The position numbers and the translations under genes were made by a program. A DNA stretch of 62,788 bases, counting the filler. It is 7 parts of 7 records of this genome, joined end to end, with 100 filler letters (N's around TTAATTAATTAA, not from the genome) between each part and the next. Parts side by side here need not be neighbours in the genome. Positions count along the whole stretch, not along the records: positions 1 to 5,364 come from SRR31147125_5828; positions 5,465 to 11,035 come from SRR31147125_5834; 5 more parts are not named here. One strand, 5' to 3'. The notes under the pieces were generated by a model, which was given only the letters and a program-made list of their open reading frames with translations, made no database searches and was not told the DNA's origin. This document shows positions 1 to 7,786 of the stretch, one piece after another; within the stretch, counting starts at the first letter, position 1, and each line of letters begins with the position of its first letter.

Positions 1-949
1 TTTTTTCTAGATGTTTATATGGGTTTCTATCAAACCCTTCATATATAGCCTTATACCCTAGACTTCTCAATCTTTGATTTGCAAGCCATTTTGTATAATT
101 CTCCGTACTCTCCTCAGTTACACCTAGTATATCATTTCCTATTATATGATTAGTCCACTCAATCTCCTGCTGAACAGCAGTATCAAACATTTCATAAACA
201 ACTTCGTCCTTTATTATATCTGGATTTTCTGCTCTTATGTCATTAATTAGGTTTTGGAATAAAACAACATGACTTAATTCATCCCTATTAATAAATCTAA
301 TAATATCCGCTGTTCCTGGCATTAGATTTCTACTTGCTAATAGGTAAAAGAAATTAAATCCATTATAGAAATATAAAGCTTCTAATAGGTAATCAGCAAG
401 TAGTGCTTTAACAAAGTTCTCCACACTGCTATCATCATGGAAATCTTGATAGGTTTTTGCGATGAATTTTATTCTATCAAATAGGACTTTATCATCTCGC
501 CAGAATTCATATATATCCTCTCTTTTATCAACTGGAATAATTGATTCTATAGTGTAGGCATAACTCTGAGAGTGAATAGCTTCTTGATACGTTTGAATCG
601 CTAATATAAGGTTAACCTCAGGTGCTGTTATATACTCAGAAATCTTTGGTACATTATTAGTTTGTAAGCTGTCTAAGAATACCAAGAAAGATAGTATCCC
701 ATCATATGCACGTCTCTCCTGCACAGTTAGCTTCTGGTAATCTAACTGATCCATTGTTAAATCAACTTTTTCCGGTATCCAAAAGTTTTCCATCATCGTT
801 CTATATAATTTATTTGCCCATTTATATTTAACATTATTTAGATTAAATAGATTTGTAGTATTTCCATCTATTAGTCTTCTATCTTTAATCTCATCTATTC
901 CCTCTGGGTTAAACAAGAGTTTACTATTCATTAAGTTATTCTCTGCCAT
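1..949 (-). CDS. nrdB: Ribonucleotide-diphosphate reductase class Ia beta subunit, 3' end cut by window edge
   Basis: Not in the ORF track; translated by hand from ATG 949 (RBS GAGGAGG at 961-967). Reads MAENNLMNSKLLFNPEG...NFWIPEKVDL...FLDSLQ...QEAIHSQSY...LLEALYFYNGF...INRDELSH, i.e. diiron ligands plus the radical Tyr. Lies directly downstream of nrdA. Confidence 0.95.
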   Translation of the reverse strand, partial: MAENNLMNSKLLFNPEGIDEIKDRRLIDGNTTNLFNLNNVKYKWANKLYRTMMENFWIPEKVDLTMDQLDYQKLTVQERRAYDGILSFLVFLDSLQTNNVPKISEYITAPEVNLILAIQTYQEAIHSQSYAYTIESIIPVDKREDIYEFWRDDKVLFDRIKFIAKTYQDFHDDSSVENFVKALLADYLLEALYFYNGFNFFYLLASRNLMPGTADIIRFINRDELSHVVLFQNLINDIRAENPDIIKDEVVYEMFDTAVQQEIEWTNHIIGNDILGVTEESTENYTKWLANQRLRSLGYKAIYEGFDRNPYKHLEK

Positions 950-1001
950 AATTTATATTTCCTCCTCAGGATAATTTACTTTTAATTTTTCAGCTAACAA
1001 T

Positions 1002-3281
1002 TTAGTTTGCACAAGATATGCATTCTTCTTTTTCACTAGCGGTGTTAGAGTTTTTCTGAATTGTTCTAGTATAGTATATTGTTTTGCAATCATTTTCCCA
1101 AGCTGTCATAATTGTGTCAAATATATCTTTTGCTTTAACATCCATATTTAGATTATAAATCAATTCCATACTAATACCTTGATCTATCCATTTTTGAATA
1201 TGTGAGATAAGTTTTACAACTTTAGTTTGCTGTATAGTTTTACTCTCTTGGTAATACCAAAATGCATCTTTTATAAATGGAGGACAAATTGGTACAACTC
1301 CTTTTGCATTTTTATCCATATAGAATTTGCTAAATATCGGCATTACACTAGAACTACAACCTTGAACAAGCGCACTTGATGTATTTGGGGCAATTGCCAT
1401 TAACTGTGAATTTCTAATACCATGGATATTTATTTCATCTATCTGCTCTAACCACTCATCTGATAACTTACTATTTTTTCTAAACCAATCTTTATCCTTA
1501 CCAAATAAGATTCCTTTTGACCATTCACTACCTTTGAATTTCTTATATGCCCCTCTGTCTTTTGCTAGTTTCACACTCATCTTCACGGCATTTAGAGATA
1601 TGAACTCAAATAGTTCATCAACGGCATTTAGCGTTTTATCACTATCGTTATATGGAAGCTTATTATATGCAAGATAATCTGCTAAACCTAATGCGCCTAC
1701 ACCTATTGTTCTATAAAATTCATTATGTAAATTGCTTTCTTGAATTGGTGCATACGTAAGTGTAATGGCATTGTCCAATATTCTCACGGCTGTTTGTGCA
1801 GATTCAGCTAGTTCATCTTTCTTTATTAACTTAGATAGATTAAGCGAAACTAAATTACAAGTATGTACAAGTCCGCTATCAGATTCAGTTAATAGTTTAT
1901 CATCCTGTAGTTTCATTTTTCCTGGTTTAGTTGGTCTAAAGTTAGAGAAAGATTCTTGACATAAGTTTCCACTGCCAACAAAACCATCATGTTTATTAGG
2001 GTTCATTTTATTTACAGTGTCCTTAAAGAAAATATATGGCATTCCAGTTTCAATTTGAGTTTTCATTATTTTCTTAAGTAAATTTTTGGCATTAGTTTTT
2101 CTAACTAAAGTGACTTTATTCTCTATCTCTAATTTTCTATAGAATTTTTCAAACTCTTCTCCCCAAAGCTCAGCTATCTCAATACCATATATCAATTTAA
2201 CTTCATTTGGATCAAAAAGAGTCCACTCCTCATCATTTTGTACACGCCTCATAAAGAGGTCATTTATTACAATTTGCGGAAACAGATCATAAGCTTTTTT
2301 ACGTTGATCTCCGTTTTCTGTTTGAAGCTCCAAGAAATCCTCTATATCTAGGTGCCATATATCAAGGGCAACAGTAACTGCACCTGCTCTTTTTCCCAGT
2401 TGATTAACAGCAACAGCAGTATCATTTATTATTTTCGTCCAAGGAATAACTCCACCTGATGCATTTGGAGTTTTATTTATCTCTGAACCAGCTGCACGGA
2501 TTCTACTTAAGTTAACCCCTACCCCTCCACCATTCTTCGATATTTGCGCTATTTTGGTAACGTTGTAGAAGATGCTGTCTAAACTATCATCTATCGCTGT
2601 AATGAAGCATGACGAAAGATTTCCATTTGGCTTTCTTAAATTAATTAAAATTGGTGTTGCAAGTGATATTTTTTTGCCCGCTATTTGATTATAAATCTTT
2701 TCGGCAATCTCAAGTCTGTTTTCCTTTTCTTCAACAGAAGCTAGTAATAAAGATATCGTAAGAAACATCTCCTGTGGAAGTTCAAATGCATCATTTCTAT
2801 CTTTAATTAAATACCTATTAATTATCATAGATATACCTGCATAATCAAAATCTAGATCATACTCGGGATTAATTAAGGCTCCAGCTTTTTTTAACTCTTC
2901 ATCTGAATATATTTTAACAATTTCATCTGAATACAAACCCTTCTCTATAGCTAGTTTTACAAATGTAGGATAATCTGCATAACCGAAGTCATCGTATGAT
3001 CTATTTTTTGCTGTTTCCTTATACAGTTCCATTACTGCAAGTCTTGCTGCTAAGATTCTCCACTCAGGTTCATCAATAGAAGTTAACCTAAGGGCAGTTT
3101 CAATTAGAGATTTCTGAATCTGCTCAGTGCTTATCTTATCTGTATAGATACTCATTACATGACTTTCTAGTTCTAGATGACTTATCTCGTCAAGTCCTCT
3201 ACTCGCCCACTCAATGGCTTTTCTTATTTCTTTAATGTCCAGTTCCGAAATTCTATTATTTCTCTTTATTACCTTTGTCAT
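1002..3281 (-). CDS. nrdA: Ribonucleotide-diphosphate reductase class Ia alpha subunit with N-terminal ATP cone
   Basis: VIKRN ATP-cone start; LSSCF, SKNGGGVG, GNLCQE, HTCNL, APNTSS, KTIYY motifs; C-terminal CxxC (ECISCAN). Confidence 0.97.
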   Translation of the reverse strand: MTKVIKRNNRISELDIKEIRKAIEWASRGLDEISHLELESHVMSIYTDKISTEQIQKSLIETALRLTSIDEPEWRILAARLAVMELYKETAKNRSYDDFGYADYPTFVKLAIEKGLYSDEIVKIYSDEELKKAGALINPEYDLDFDYAGISMIINRYLIKDRNDAFELPQEMFLTISLLLASVEEKENRLEIAEKIYNQIAGKKISLATPILINLRKPNGNLSSCFITAIDDSLDSIFYNVTKIAQISKNGGGVGVNLSRIRAAGSEINKTPNASGGVIPWTKIINDTAVAVNQLGKRAGAVTVALDIWHLDIEDFLELQTENGDQRKKAYDLFPQIVINDLFMRRVQNDEEWTLFDPNEVKLIYGIEIAELWGEEFEKFYRKLEIENKVTLVRKTNAKNLLKKIMKTQIETGMPYIFFKDTVNKMNPNKHDGFVGSGNLCQESFSNFRPTKPGKMKLQDDKLLTESDSGLVHTCNLVSLNLSKLIKKDELAESAQTAVRILDNAITLTYAPIQESNLHNEFYRTIGVGALGLADYLAYNKLPYNDSDKTLNAVDELFEFISLNAVKMSVKLAKDRGAYKKFKGSEWSKGILFGKDKDWFRKNSKLSDEWLEQIDEINIHGIRNSQLMAIAPNTSSALVQGCSSSVMPIFSKFYMDKNAKGVVPICPPFIKDAFWYYQESKTIQQTKVVKLISHIQKWIDQGISMELIYNLNMDVKAKDIFDTIMTAWENDCKTIYYTRTIQKNSNTASEKEECISCAN

Positions 3282-3292
3282 CTACGTTCACT

Positions 3293-3410
3293 CCTAATTT
3301 TTTTTCTAAGTCAACGCGCTCCTTGTTGACTTCGGGCAGAAAAACAATCTTACCCTAATTATTTTTTTAAGTCAATGTGTTTCTTATTGACTTTGATTTA
3401 AAAAATAATC
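3293..3410 (-). repeat. Two ~61-bp tandem units in the nrdA leader, each a hairpin AAGTCAAY-N9-RTTGACTT
   Basis: 3308-3332 aagtcaac-gcgctcctt-gttgactt; 3369-3393 aagtcaat-gtgtttctt-attgactt. Both units begin cctaatt and end in aaaa(c/t)aatc. Confidence 0.85.
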
Positions 3411-3519
3411 CTAATTGCTAATCATCTTTTAATTTCTAATTTTTTCAAATTCTATTACTTTTATCTCTTTAAGATTTTATTATTGTTTTAACTTCAACTT
3501 TATAATGATTTCATAATAG

Positions 3520-3548
3520 ATTTTACCATATTGCCATTTCATTTTCAA
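3520..3548 (-). promoter_or_regulatory. Putative sigma70 promoter for nrdAB
   Basis: Minus strand reads TTGAAA-17 nt-TAAAAT with an extended -10 (TGG TAAAAT). Confidence 0.6.
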
Positions 3549-3953
3549 GAATTACTAAATTAATAGATTGCATAATATATAATTTCCTAAACTCCATAAC
3601 TCCTTTAGGGGTTTAGATTTTAATTTATATTACAAATAAATCAAAATACAATATAATTCGAACAGGCAATTAATATAAATTTTAATATTTATTTAATGTT
3701 TTAAATTTTAGGTTAAATAAGTTATAATAAAGTATCTCAATAAATTTAGTTCTATATAACTTATATATAATTTAAATAATAAATCACCTTTATTTTTTCC
3801 TAATTTTAAATAGACACAAACTGGATGTCTTGTGTGAATTTTTCTATTCATACTTTGAATGTCACCTTTTAACTATTCTCAGTATGTGTATAAACCAAGA
3901 GGATTTTCCTTATTCTATTAAGTTAACTGAATTAATGGGCATTTAAAAATATA

Positions 3954-3982
3954 TTGACTTTTTGTCGAAAATATAATAATCT
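3954..3982 (+). promoter_or_regulatory. Putative sigma70 promoter for the HTH-TPR gene
   Basis: TTGACT-17 nt-TAATCT, followed by RBS AAGGAGG at 3994-4000. Confidence 0.45.
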
Positions 3983-4008
3983 TAATTAAGGTAAAGGAGG
4001 GATATGTT

Positions 4009-5304
4009 TTGGACATTTTATCACCGAATGAAAAGGTTGTTTACCTGAGGAAAAAATTCAAAATTAGCCAACAAGAACTTACACTCGATAAATTTTCCAG
4101 AAGTTATCTAGGAATGGTTGAAATTGGTAAAACTAACTTCAATGAAAATTTCGCTTCTGCAATCGTTGATAATTTTAATTATATTCTAAAAAAACGTGGT
4201 TTTGATTTCAAAGTCTCACTAGACTATTTAATGGAATCAAAAGAGGAACAGATTAAAACAATTGCAGCAGATTTTATTAAAAGAATAGAAGACGATACTG
4301 ATTTTGATACAGTTGCTTCTGAAATTGAGAACTTTATTGGTGAGTATAGTCTAAACATCAAAATTGAGCTATACAAAAAGCTTGCAGATAAGTTAACTTC
4401 TAATCTTAAATTTAATCGTGCTCTTTTCTATTATTTGAGAATTTTTAACGATGTGTTAATCTCTCGAGATTATGACATATTAGCAGAAGTATCACTAAAT
4501 ATAATAAGGATTTCAATCAATCTTGAAAAATATGATGAGATACTTAGAATTGAAAAAATTATTAAACGATTACTAAATAACTTTGATGATGATGGAAAAC
4601 CAAGGATTACATATAACTTTGGTGTTACTTTCTTCAAGGTTAACAAATTCGATCAAGCAATTGATTATTTTGAGAAGTTCTTGCAATATAATAAAACCGG
4701 ACCACTTCCTTCGGCGGAGAAGTGGACTTTTAAAGGAACACTTTATAAAGCACGTTCTTTAGTAGGTTTAAAGAAGTTTGATAAAGCTATCAATATACTT
4801 AGAAGTCTTTTGAAAACGTATGATGATGTAGAGAAAAAAATTCATACTAATATGTATCTAATGATGACTTATCTTGAAATGAATGAAGTTGAAAAAGTTA
4901 AATATTATTTTAGAAAAAATAGGAAATTAATTGATAGTTTTGGCTGCAAACTATTAGAAGATGACCTTTTAATGCACTATTTTGAATTAGGAAAAACAGG
5001 CTTATTCTTAAAAAGAAATGAACTAGCTATAAAATATTTCGAAAAAGCGGTAGAAACAGAGATCAGTAGTATAGATGTTCAAACAGAACTTGTTCTTGAC
5101 TATAGACTTAACTCTATTAATCATCTATTAAACCTGTATGCTAAACGTGATTTTAATAAGGTTGAAATAATGTTTGAAAAATATCTTGATATTAACAAGT
5201 TAACTCCTAATTTCAAAGAGGGTTATAATTTTATTAAATATTATAACAAATATAATTTTAAAGAAAAAGTAGATAAAGTTTCCGATTTGTTAATTAATTT
5301 ATAA
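4009..5304 (+). CDS. XRE-family HTH regulator with C-terminal TPR repeats (RRNPP-like architecture)
   Basis: N-terminal 'LRKKFKISQQELT...SRSYLGMVEIGK' Cro/C1 HTH; TPR-like repeats (YNFGVTFFKVNKFDQAIDYFEK; YFELGKTGLFLKRNELAIKYFEKA); TTG start 8 nt after AGGAGG. Confidence 0.8.
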   Translation: MDILSPNEKVVYLRKKFKISQQELTLDKFSRSYLGMVEIGKTNFNENFASAIVDNFNYILKKRGFDFKVSLDYLMESKEEQIKTIAADFIKRIEDDTDFDTVASEIENFIGEYSLNIKIELYKKLADKLTSNLKFNRALFYYLRIFNDVLISRDYDILAEVSLNIIRISINLEKYDEILRIEKIIKRLLNNFDDDGKPRITYNFGVTFFKVNKFDQAIDYFEKFLQYNKTGPLPSAEKWTFKGTLYKARSLVGLKKFDKAINILRSLLKTYDDVEKKIHTNMYLMMTYLEMNEVEKVKYYFRKNRKLIDSFGCKLLEDDLLMHYFELGKTGLFLKRNELAIKYFEKAVETEISSIDVQTELVLDYRLNSINHLLNLYAKRDFNKVEIMFEKYLDINKLTPNFKEGYNFIKYYNKYNFKEKVDKVSDLLINL

Positions 5305-5318
5305 TCTGGTAAGATATA

Positions 5319-5364
5319 AAATAAGGAATCCCAATTTTTAGGGATTCCTTATTTCTCTATTTTT
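5319..5364 (+). terminator. Intrinsic terminator after HTH-TPR gene
   Basis: Perfect 14-bp stem aaataaggaatccc/gggattccttattt followed by a T-rich tail. Confidence 0.8.
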
Positions 5365-5464
5365 NNNNNNNNNNNNNNNNNNNNNNNNNNNNNNNNNNNN
5401 NNNNNNNNTTAATTAATTAANNNNNNNNNNNNNNNNNNNNNNNNNNNNNNNNNNNNNNNNNNNN
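5365..5464. other. Artificial contig spacer (N-run with TTAATTAATTAA); same spacer at 11036-11135, 18193-18292, 33859-33958, 39047-39146 and 44776-44875
   Basis: Identical 100-nt structure carrying stops in all frames; composition changes abruptly and genes are truncated at the junctions. Confidence 0.98.
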
Positions 5465-5609
5465 GGAAAAAATGTATTTTTATGTTCTAAAGGCTAATGT
5501 TTACAAATATTTTATAACTCTTAATAGAGATACTGAAACCTATTGTTTTTATTGAAATTAAATGATATACTTTAATTGAGAAGTTTGGTTTAATATGGGA
5601 GGAATAACT

Positions 5610-6464
5610 GTGAGTAATTATACATTAATGGATCCAAAAGTTGACTTTGTATTTAAGAATATTTTTGGGAACCCTAAACACGATAAAATTCTTATTAGCT
5701 TTCTAAATGCTGTGTTTGGATATACTGATAAGAAAAAAATTGTTAAAGTTATTATAGAAAATCCAAATATTGAAAAAAATGATATAGAAGATAAATATGC
5801 AATACTAGATGTTAAAGCAACCATAAACGATAATACTATCATTAATATAGAAATTCAGGTTAGAAATCCTTATAATATGATTCCACGGACAATGTATTAT
5901 GTTAGTAATTTAGTTCAAACACAACTAAAAGAAGGTGAGGATTATAAAAAGCTTTTAAAATCAGTAGGAATAAATATTTTAAATTTTAAACTATTCAAAG
6001 AAAATAATAGAACTCATAATGTTTATAGATTTAAAGAGATAGAGACAAATGAAGAGCTTAGTGATTTAATGGAGATCCACTTTCTGGAGATACCAAAATT
6101 AAAAGAAGAAAATCCTGATATAAATGATTTACTTACAGAGTGGTTAATTTTTCTAGATAACCCAAATAGTGAGGTGATAAAAATGGTAGAAGATAAAGTC
6201 CCTGAAATAAAAGAAGCAAGAAGCGTGTTAGAAATGCTTAGCATGGATAAGGAAAATAGAATTCGATATGAAGCGAGGCAAAAAGCTCTCAAGGATAGAA
6301 CAAGTTTTATTGAAGGAGCTAAAGCTGAAGGTCTAAAAGAAGGTTTAAAAGAGGCTAAATTAGAAGTAGCGAAAAACTCTCTTAGTCAAGGAATAGATGT
6401 AAAAACAATATCAATTATAACAGGTCTGAGCGAAGAGGAAATAAAAAAATTGAAATCAAATTAG
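5610..6464 (+). CDS. Rpn family recombination-promoting nuclease / putative transposase (PD-(D/E)XK)
   Basis: DPKVDFVFKNIFG, LDVKA, NIEIQ, EIHFLEIPK and the typical C-terminus 'EGLKEG...ISIITGLSEEEI'. GTG 5610 follows GGAGG (track start is 5595). Confidence 0.92.
   Translation: MSNYTLMDPKVDFVFKNIFGNPKHDKILISFLNAVFGYTDKKKIVKVIIENPNIEKNDIEDKYAILDVKATINDNTIINIEIQVRNPYNMIPRTMYYVSNLVQTQLKEGEDYKKLLKSVGINILNFKLFKENNRTHNVYRFKEIETNEELSDLMEIHFLEIPKLKEENPDINDLLTEWLIFLDNPNSEVIKMVEDKVPEIKEARSVLEMLSMDKENRIRYEARQKALKDRTSFIEGAKAEGLKEGLKEAKLEVAKNSLSQGIDVKTISIITGLSEEEIKKLKSN
6183..6464 (+). CDS. Candidate intragenic small Rpn protein (RpnS-like antitoxin), 93 aa
   Basis: In-frame ATG 6183 preceded by GAGGTG (6171-6176) at 6-nt spacing, just before the C-terminal helical region. 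Confidence 0.5.
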   Translation: MVEDKVPEIKEARSVLEMLSMDKENRIRYEARQKALKDRTSFIEGAKAEGLKEGLKEAKLEVAKNSLSQGIDVKTISIITGLSEEEIKKLKSN

Positions 6465-6468
6465 ATTG

Positions 6469-6492
6469 AGCGAAGCTTCATGCTTCGCTTTT
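6469..6492 (+). terminator. Intrinsic terminator after rpn
   Basis: agcgaagc-ttcat-gcttcgct followed by a short T-run. Confidence 0.7.
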
Positions 6493-6499
6493 GTGTTGG

Positions 6500-6647
6500 T
6501 TGAAATAAAAGCACTGGCAGATTAAATATAAGAAATTATTGAGAAATATATAAGAGAAGGCTAAAGAAAATGTTTGAGATGGCAATCCATTACGATGTAC
6601 AAGAAACAAGAACTATAGCACGAGAAGAGGCTATAAAAGAAAGTTAA
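6500..6647 (+). pseudogene. Possible remnant of a second Rpn-like C-terminal region (small ORF 6570-6647)
   Basis: MFEMAIHYDVQETRTIAREEAIKES resembles the 'M...AREEG' segment of Rpn C-termini and lies between two related terminators. Confidence 0.3.
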
Positions 6648-6660
6648 TAGTAAAATTTTA

Positions 6661-6686
6661 AGCGAGGTTGGAGCCTCGCTTTTTTT
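6661..6686 (+). terminator. Intrinsic terminator
   Basis: agcgagg-ttggag-cctcgct followed by a T-run. Confidence 0.75.
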
Positions 6687-6693
6687 CTATTAT

Positions 6694-6722
6694 TTGACAA
6701 AATAATTAAATTACTATATAAT
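6694..6722 (+). promoter_or_regulatory. Consensus sigma70 promoter for marR
   Basis: TTGACA (6694-6699)-17 nt-TATAAT (6717-6722). Confidence 0.85.
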
Positions 6723-6753
6723 CAGAAAAATAATACAAACTTTGGAGGATAAT

Positions 6754-7182
6754 ATGTTTTTTGATTTAGATTGTTGTGTAGGACATATTACTAATAGTAT
6801 AAACAAGCAGATAACTGATGCTTTTGCGAAAAAATTAGAAGGAACAAATATTACTAGAACTCAATGGATCGCACTTTATTATATTAAAACCAGAGGTTTA
6901 ATTTCACAAAGAGAGTTATCAAATTTAATGAATGTTGCTGACTCAAGCATTGGAAGGCTTCTTGACAGACTTGAAAGAGATAGTTTGATTCAGAGAGTTA
7001 GGCACTATACAGATAGAAGAATAACAAATCTCGAATTATCTAATAAAGGTAGTGAGCTTATGGAACCTCTTATGAAGTTAGGAAAAGAATTTAATGATGA
7101 ACTTCTGGAAGGAATTTCTGATGAAGAGAAAGATAGCTATCAAAAAGTTTTACAAAAAATGCTTAATAATATAAAGAAATAG
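6754..7182 (+). CDS. MarR family transcriptional regulator
   Basis: ITRTQWIAL...ISQRELS...RLLDRLERDSLIQR...DRR winged helix; ATG 6754 after GGAGG; N-terminal Cys-Cys. Confidence 0.93.
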   Translation: MFFDLDCCVGHITNSINKQITDAFAKKLEGTNITRTQWIALYYIKTRGLISQRELSNLMNVADSSIGRLLDRLERDSLIQRVRHYTDRRITNLELSNKGSELMEPLMKLGKEFNDELLEGISDEEKDSYQKVLQKMLNNIKK

Positions 7183-7194
7183 TTTATTTAGATT

Positions 7195-7227
7195 AAAAGT
7201 TTTCAATTAAGATTGAAAGCTTTTTTT
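7195..7227 (+). terminator. Intrinsic terminator after marR
   Basis: aaaagttttcaat-taag-attgaaagctttt plus T-run. Confidence 0.65.
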
Positions 7228-7243
7228 ATTTTTTGTTAAAATC

Positions 7244-7272
7244 TTGATTTTTCCAAAAGTGTTTGCTATACT
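7244..7272 (+). promoter_or_regulatory. Putative promoter of the CMD-lpd-lplA operon
   Basis: TTGATT-17 nt-TATACT with extended -10 TG. Followed by tgctaaa repeats and an imperfect palindrome (~7283-7318), a possible MarR operator. Confidence 0.6.
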
Positions 7273-7340
7273 TAACTTATACATGCTAAAAGTAATTGTG
7301 CTAAACTTTTACATAGCAAATATTCTAGAGGAGGTTTTTT

Positions 7341-7694
7341 ATGTCTTATAATGTAAGAGAAATGTTAAATTCGTTTGTTGATGGTCTTCAGGATTTGGGA
7401 AAAACTAATGAGGAGCAAGTTAATGCCTTTATGGGATTATTGGGAGCTTGTTACGAACCAAAAGCACTTGATTTAAAAGCAAAAGAGTTAATTAGTATTG
7501 CAATAGGTTGTTACAACAGATGTGAATATTGTATTGTATACCATAGTTACAAGGCTCTGGAAGCTGGAGCAAATAGAGAAGAAATTATTGAAGCAGCAAT
7601 GGTTTCTGTTGCATTTGGTGGAGGACCTTCAATGGCATATTCAGTAACTTTATTAAAAGAATGTTTAGATGAATTTGAAGGAGATTTTAAATAA
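7341..7694 (+). CDS. Carboxymuconolactone decarboxylase / AhpD-like thiol-disulfide protein
   Basis: LDLKAKELISIAI...RCEYCIVYH (CxxC-xxx-H) and AGANREEIIEA, the AhpD core. Confidence 0.92.
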   Translation: MSYNVREMLNSFVDGLQDLGKTNEEQVNAFMGLLGACYEPKALDLKAKELISIAIGCYNRCEYCIVYHSYKALEAGANREEIIEAAMVSVAFGGGPSMAYSVTLLKECLDEFEGDFK

Positions 7695-7699
7695 TAGTT

Positions 7700-7735
7700 A
7701 AAAAAGCAGGGAAGCAAAAGTTTTCCTGCTTTTTT
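7700..7735 (+). terminator. Intra-operon terminator or stabilising hairpin between CMD and lpd
   Basis: aaaaagcagggaa...tttcctgctttttt hairpin with U-tail. Confidence 0.6.
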
Positions 7736-7786
7736 AAAAATTTAGCTTATTTTGGGTGAATAAAAAAAGTAAATTTGGAGGCCAAT

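Noticed and set aside
3293-3410. nrdA leader repeats as a CRISPR mini-array or NrdR boxes
   Set aside because: Only two units with no unique spacers or cas genes, and the sequence does not fit the NrdR box consensus.
3708-3851. 47-aa minus-strand ORF (MNRKIHTRHPVCVYL...) as the signalling peptide of the HTH-TPR regulator
   Set aside because: No proper signal-peptide layout, long SD spacing, and extremely AT-rich sequence where such ORFs arise by chance.
5365-5464. Recurring TTAATTAATTAA flanked by N-runs, six times, as a biological repeat
   Set aside because: Artificial contig linker with stops in all frames. ORFs running into X residues are truncated, and no cross-spacer synteny was used.
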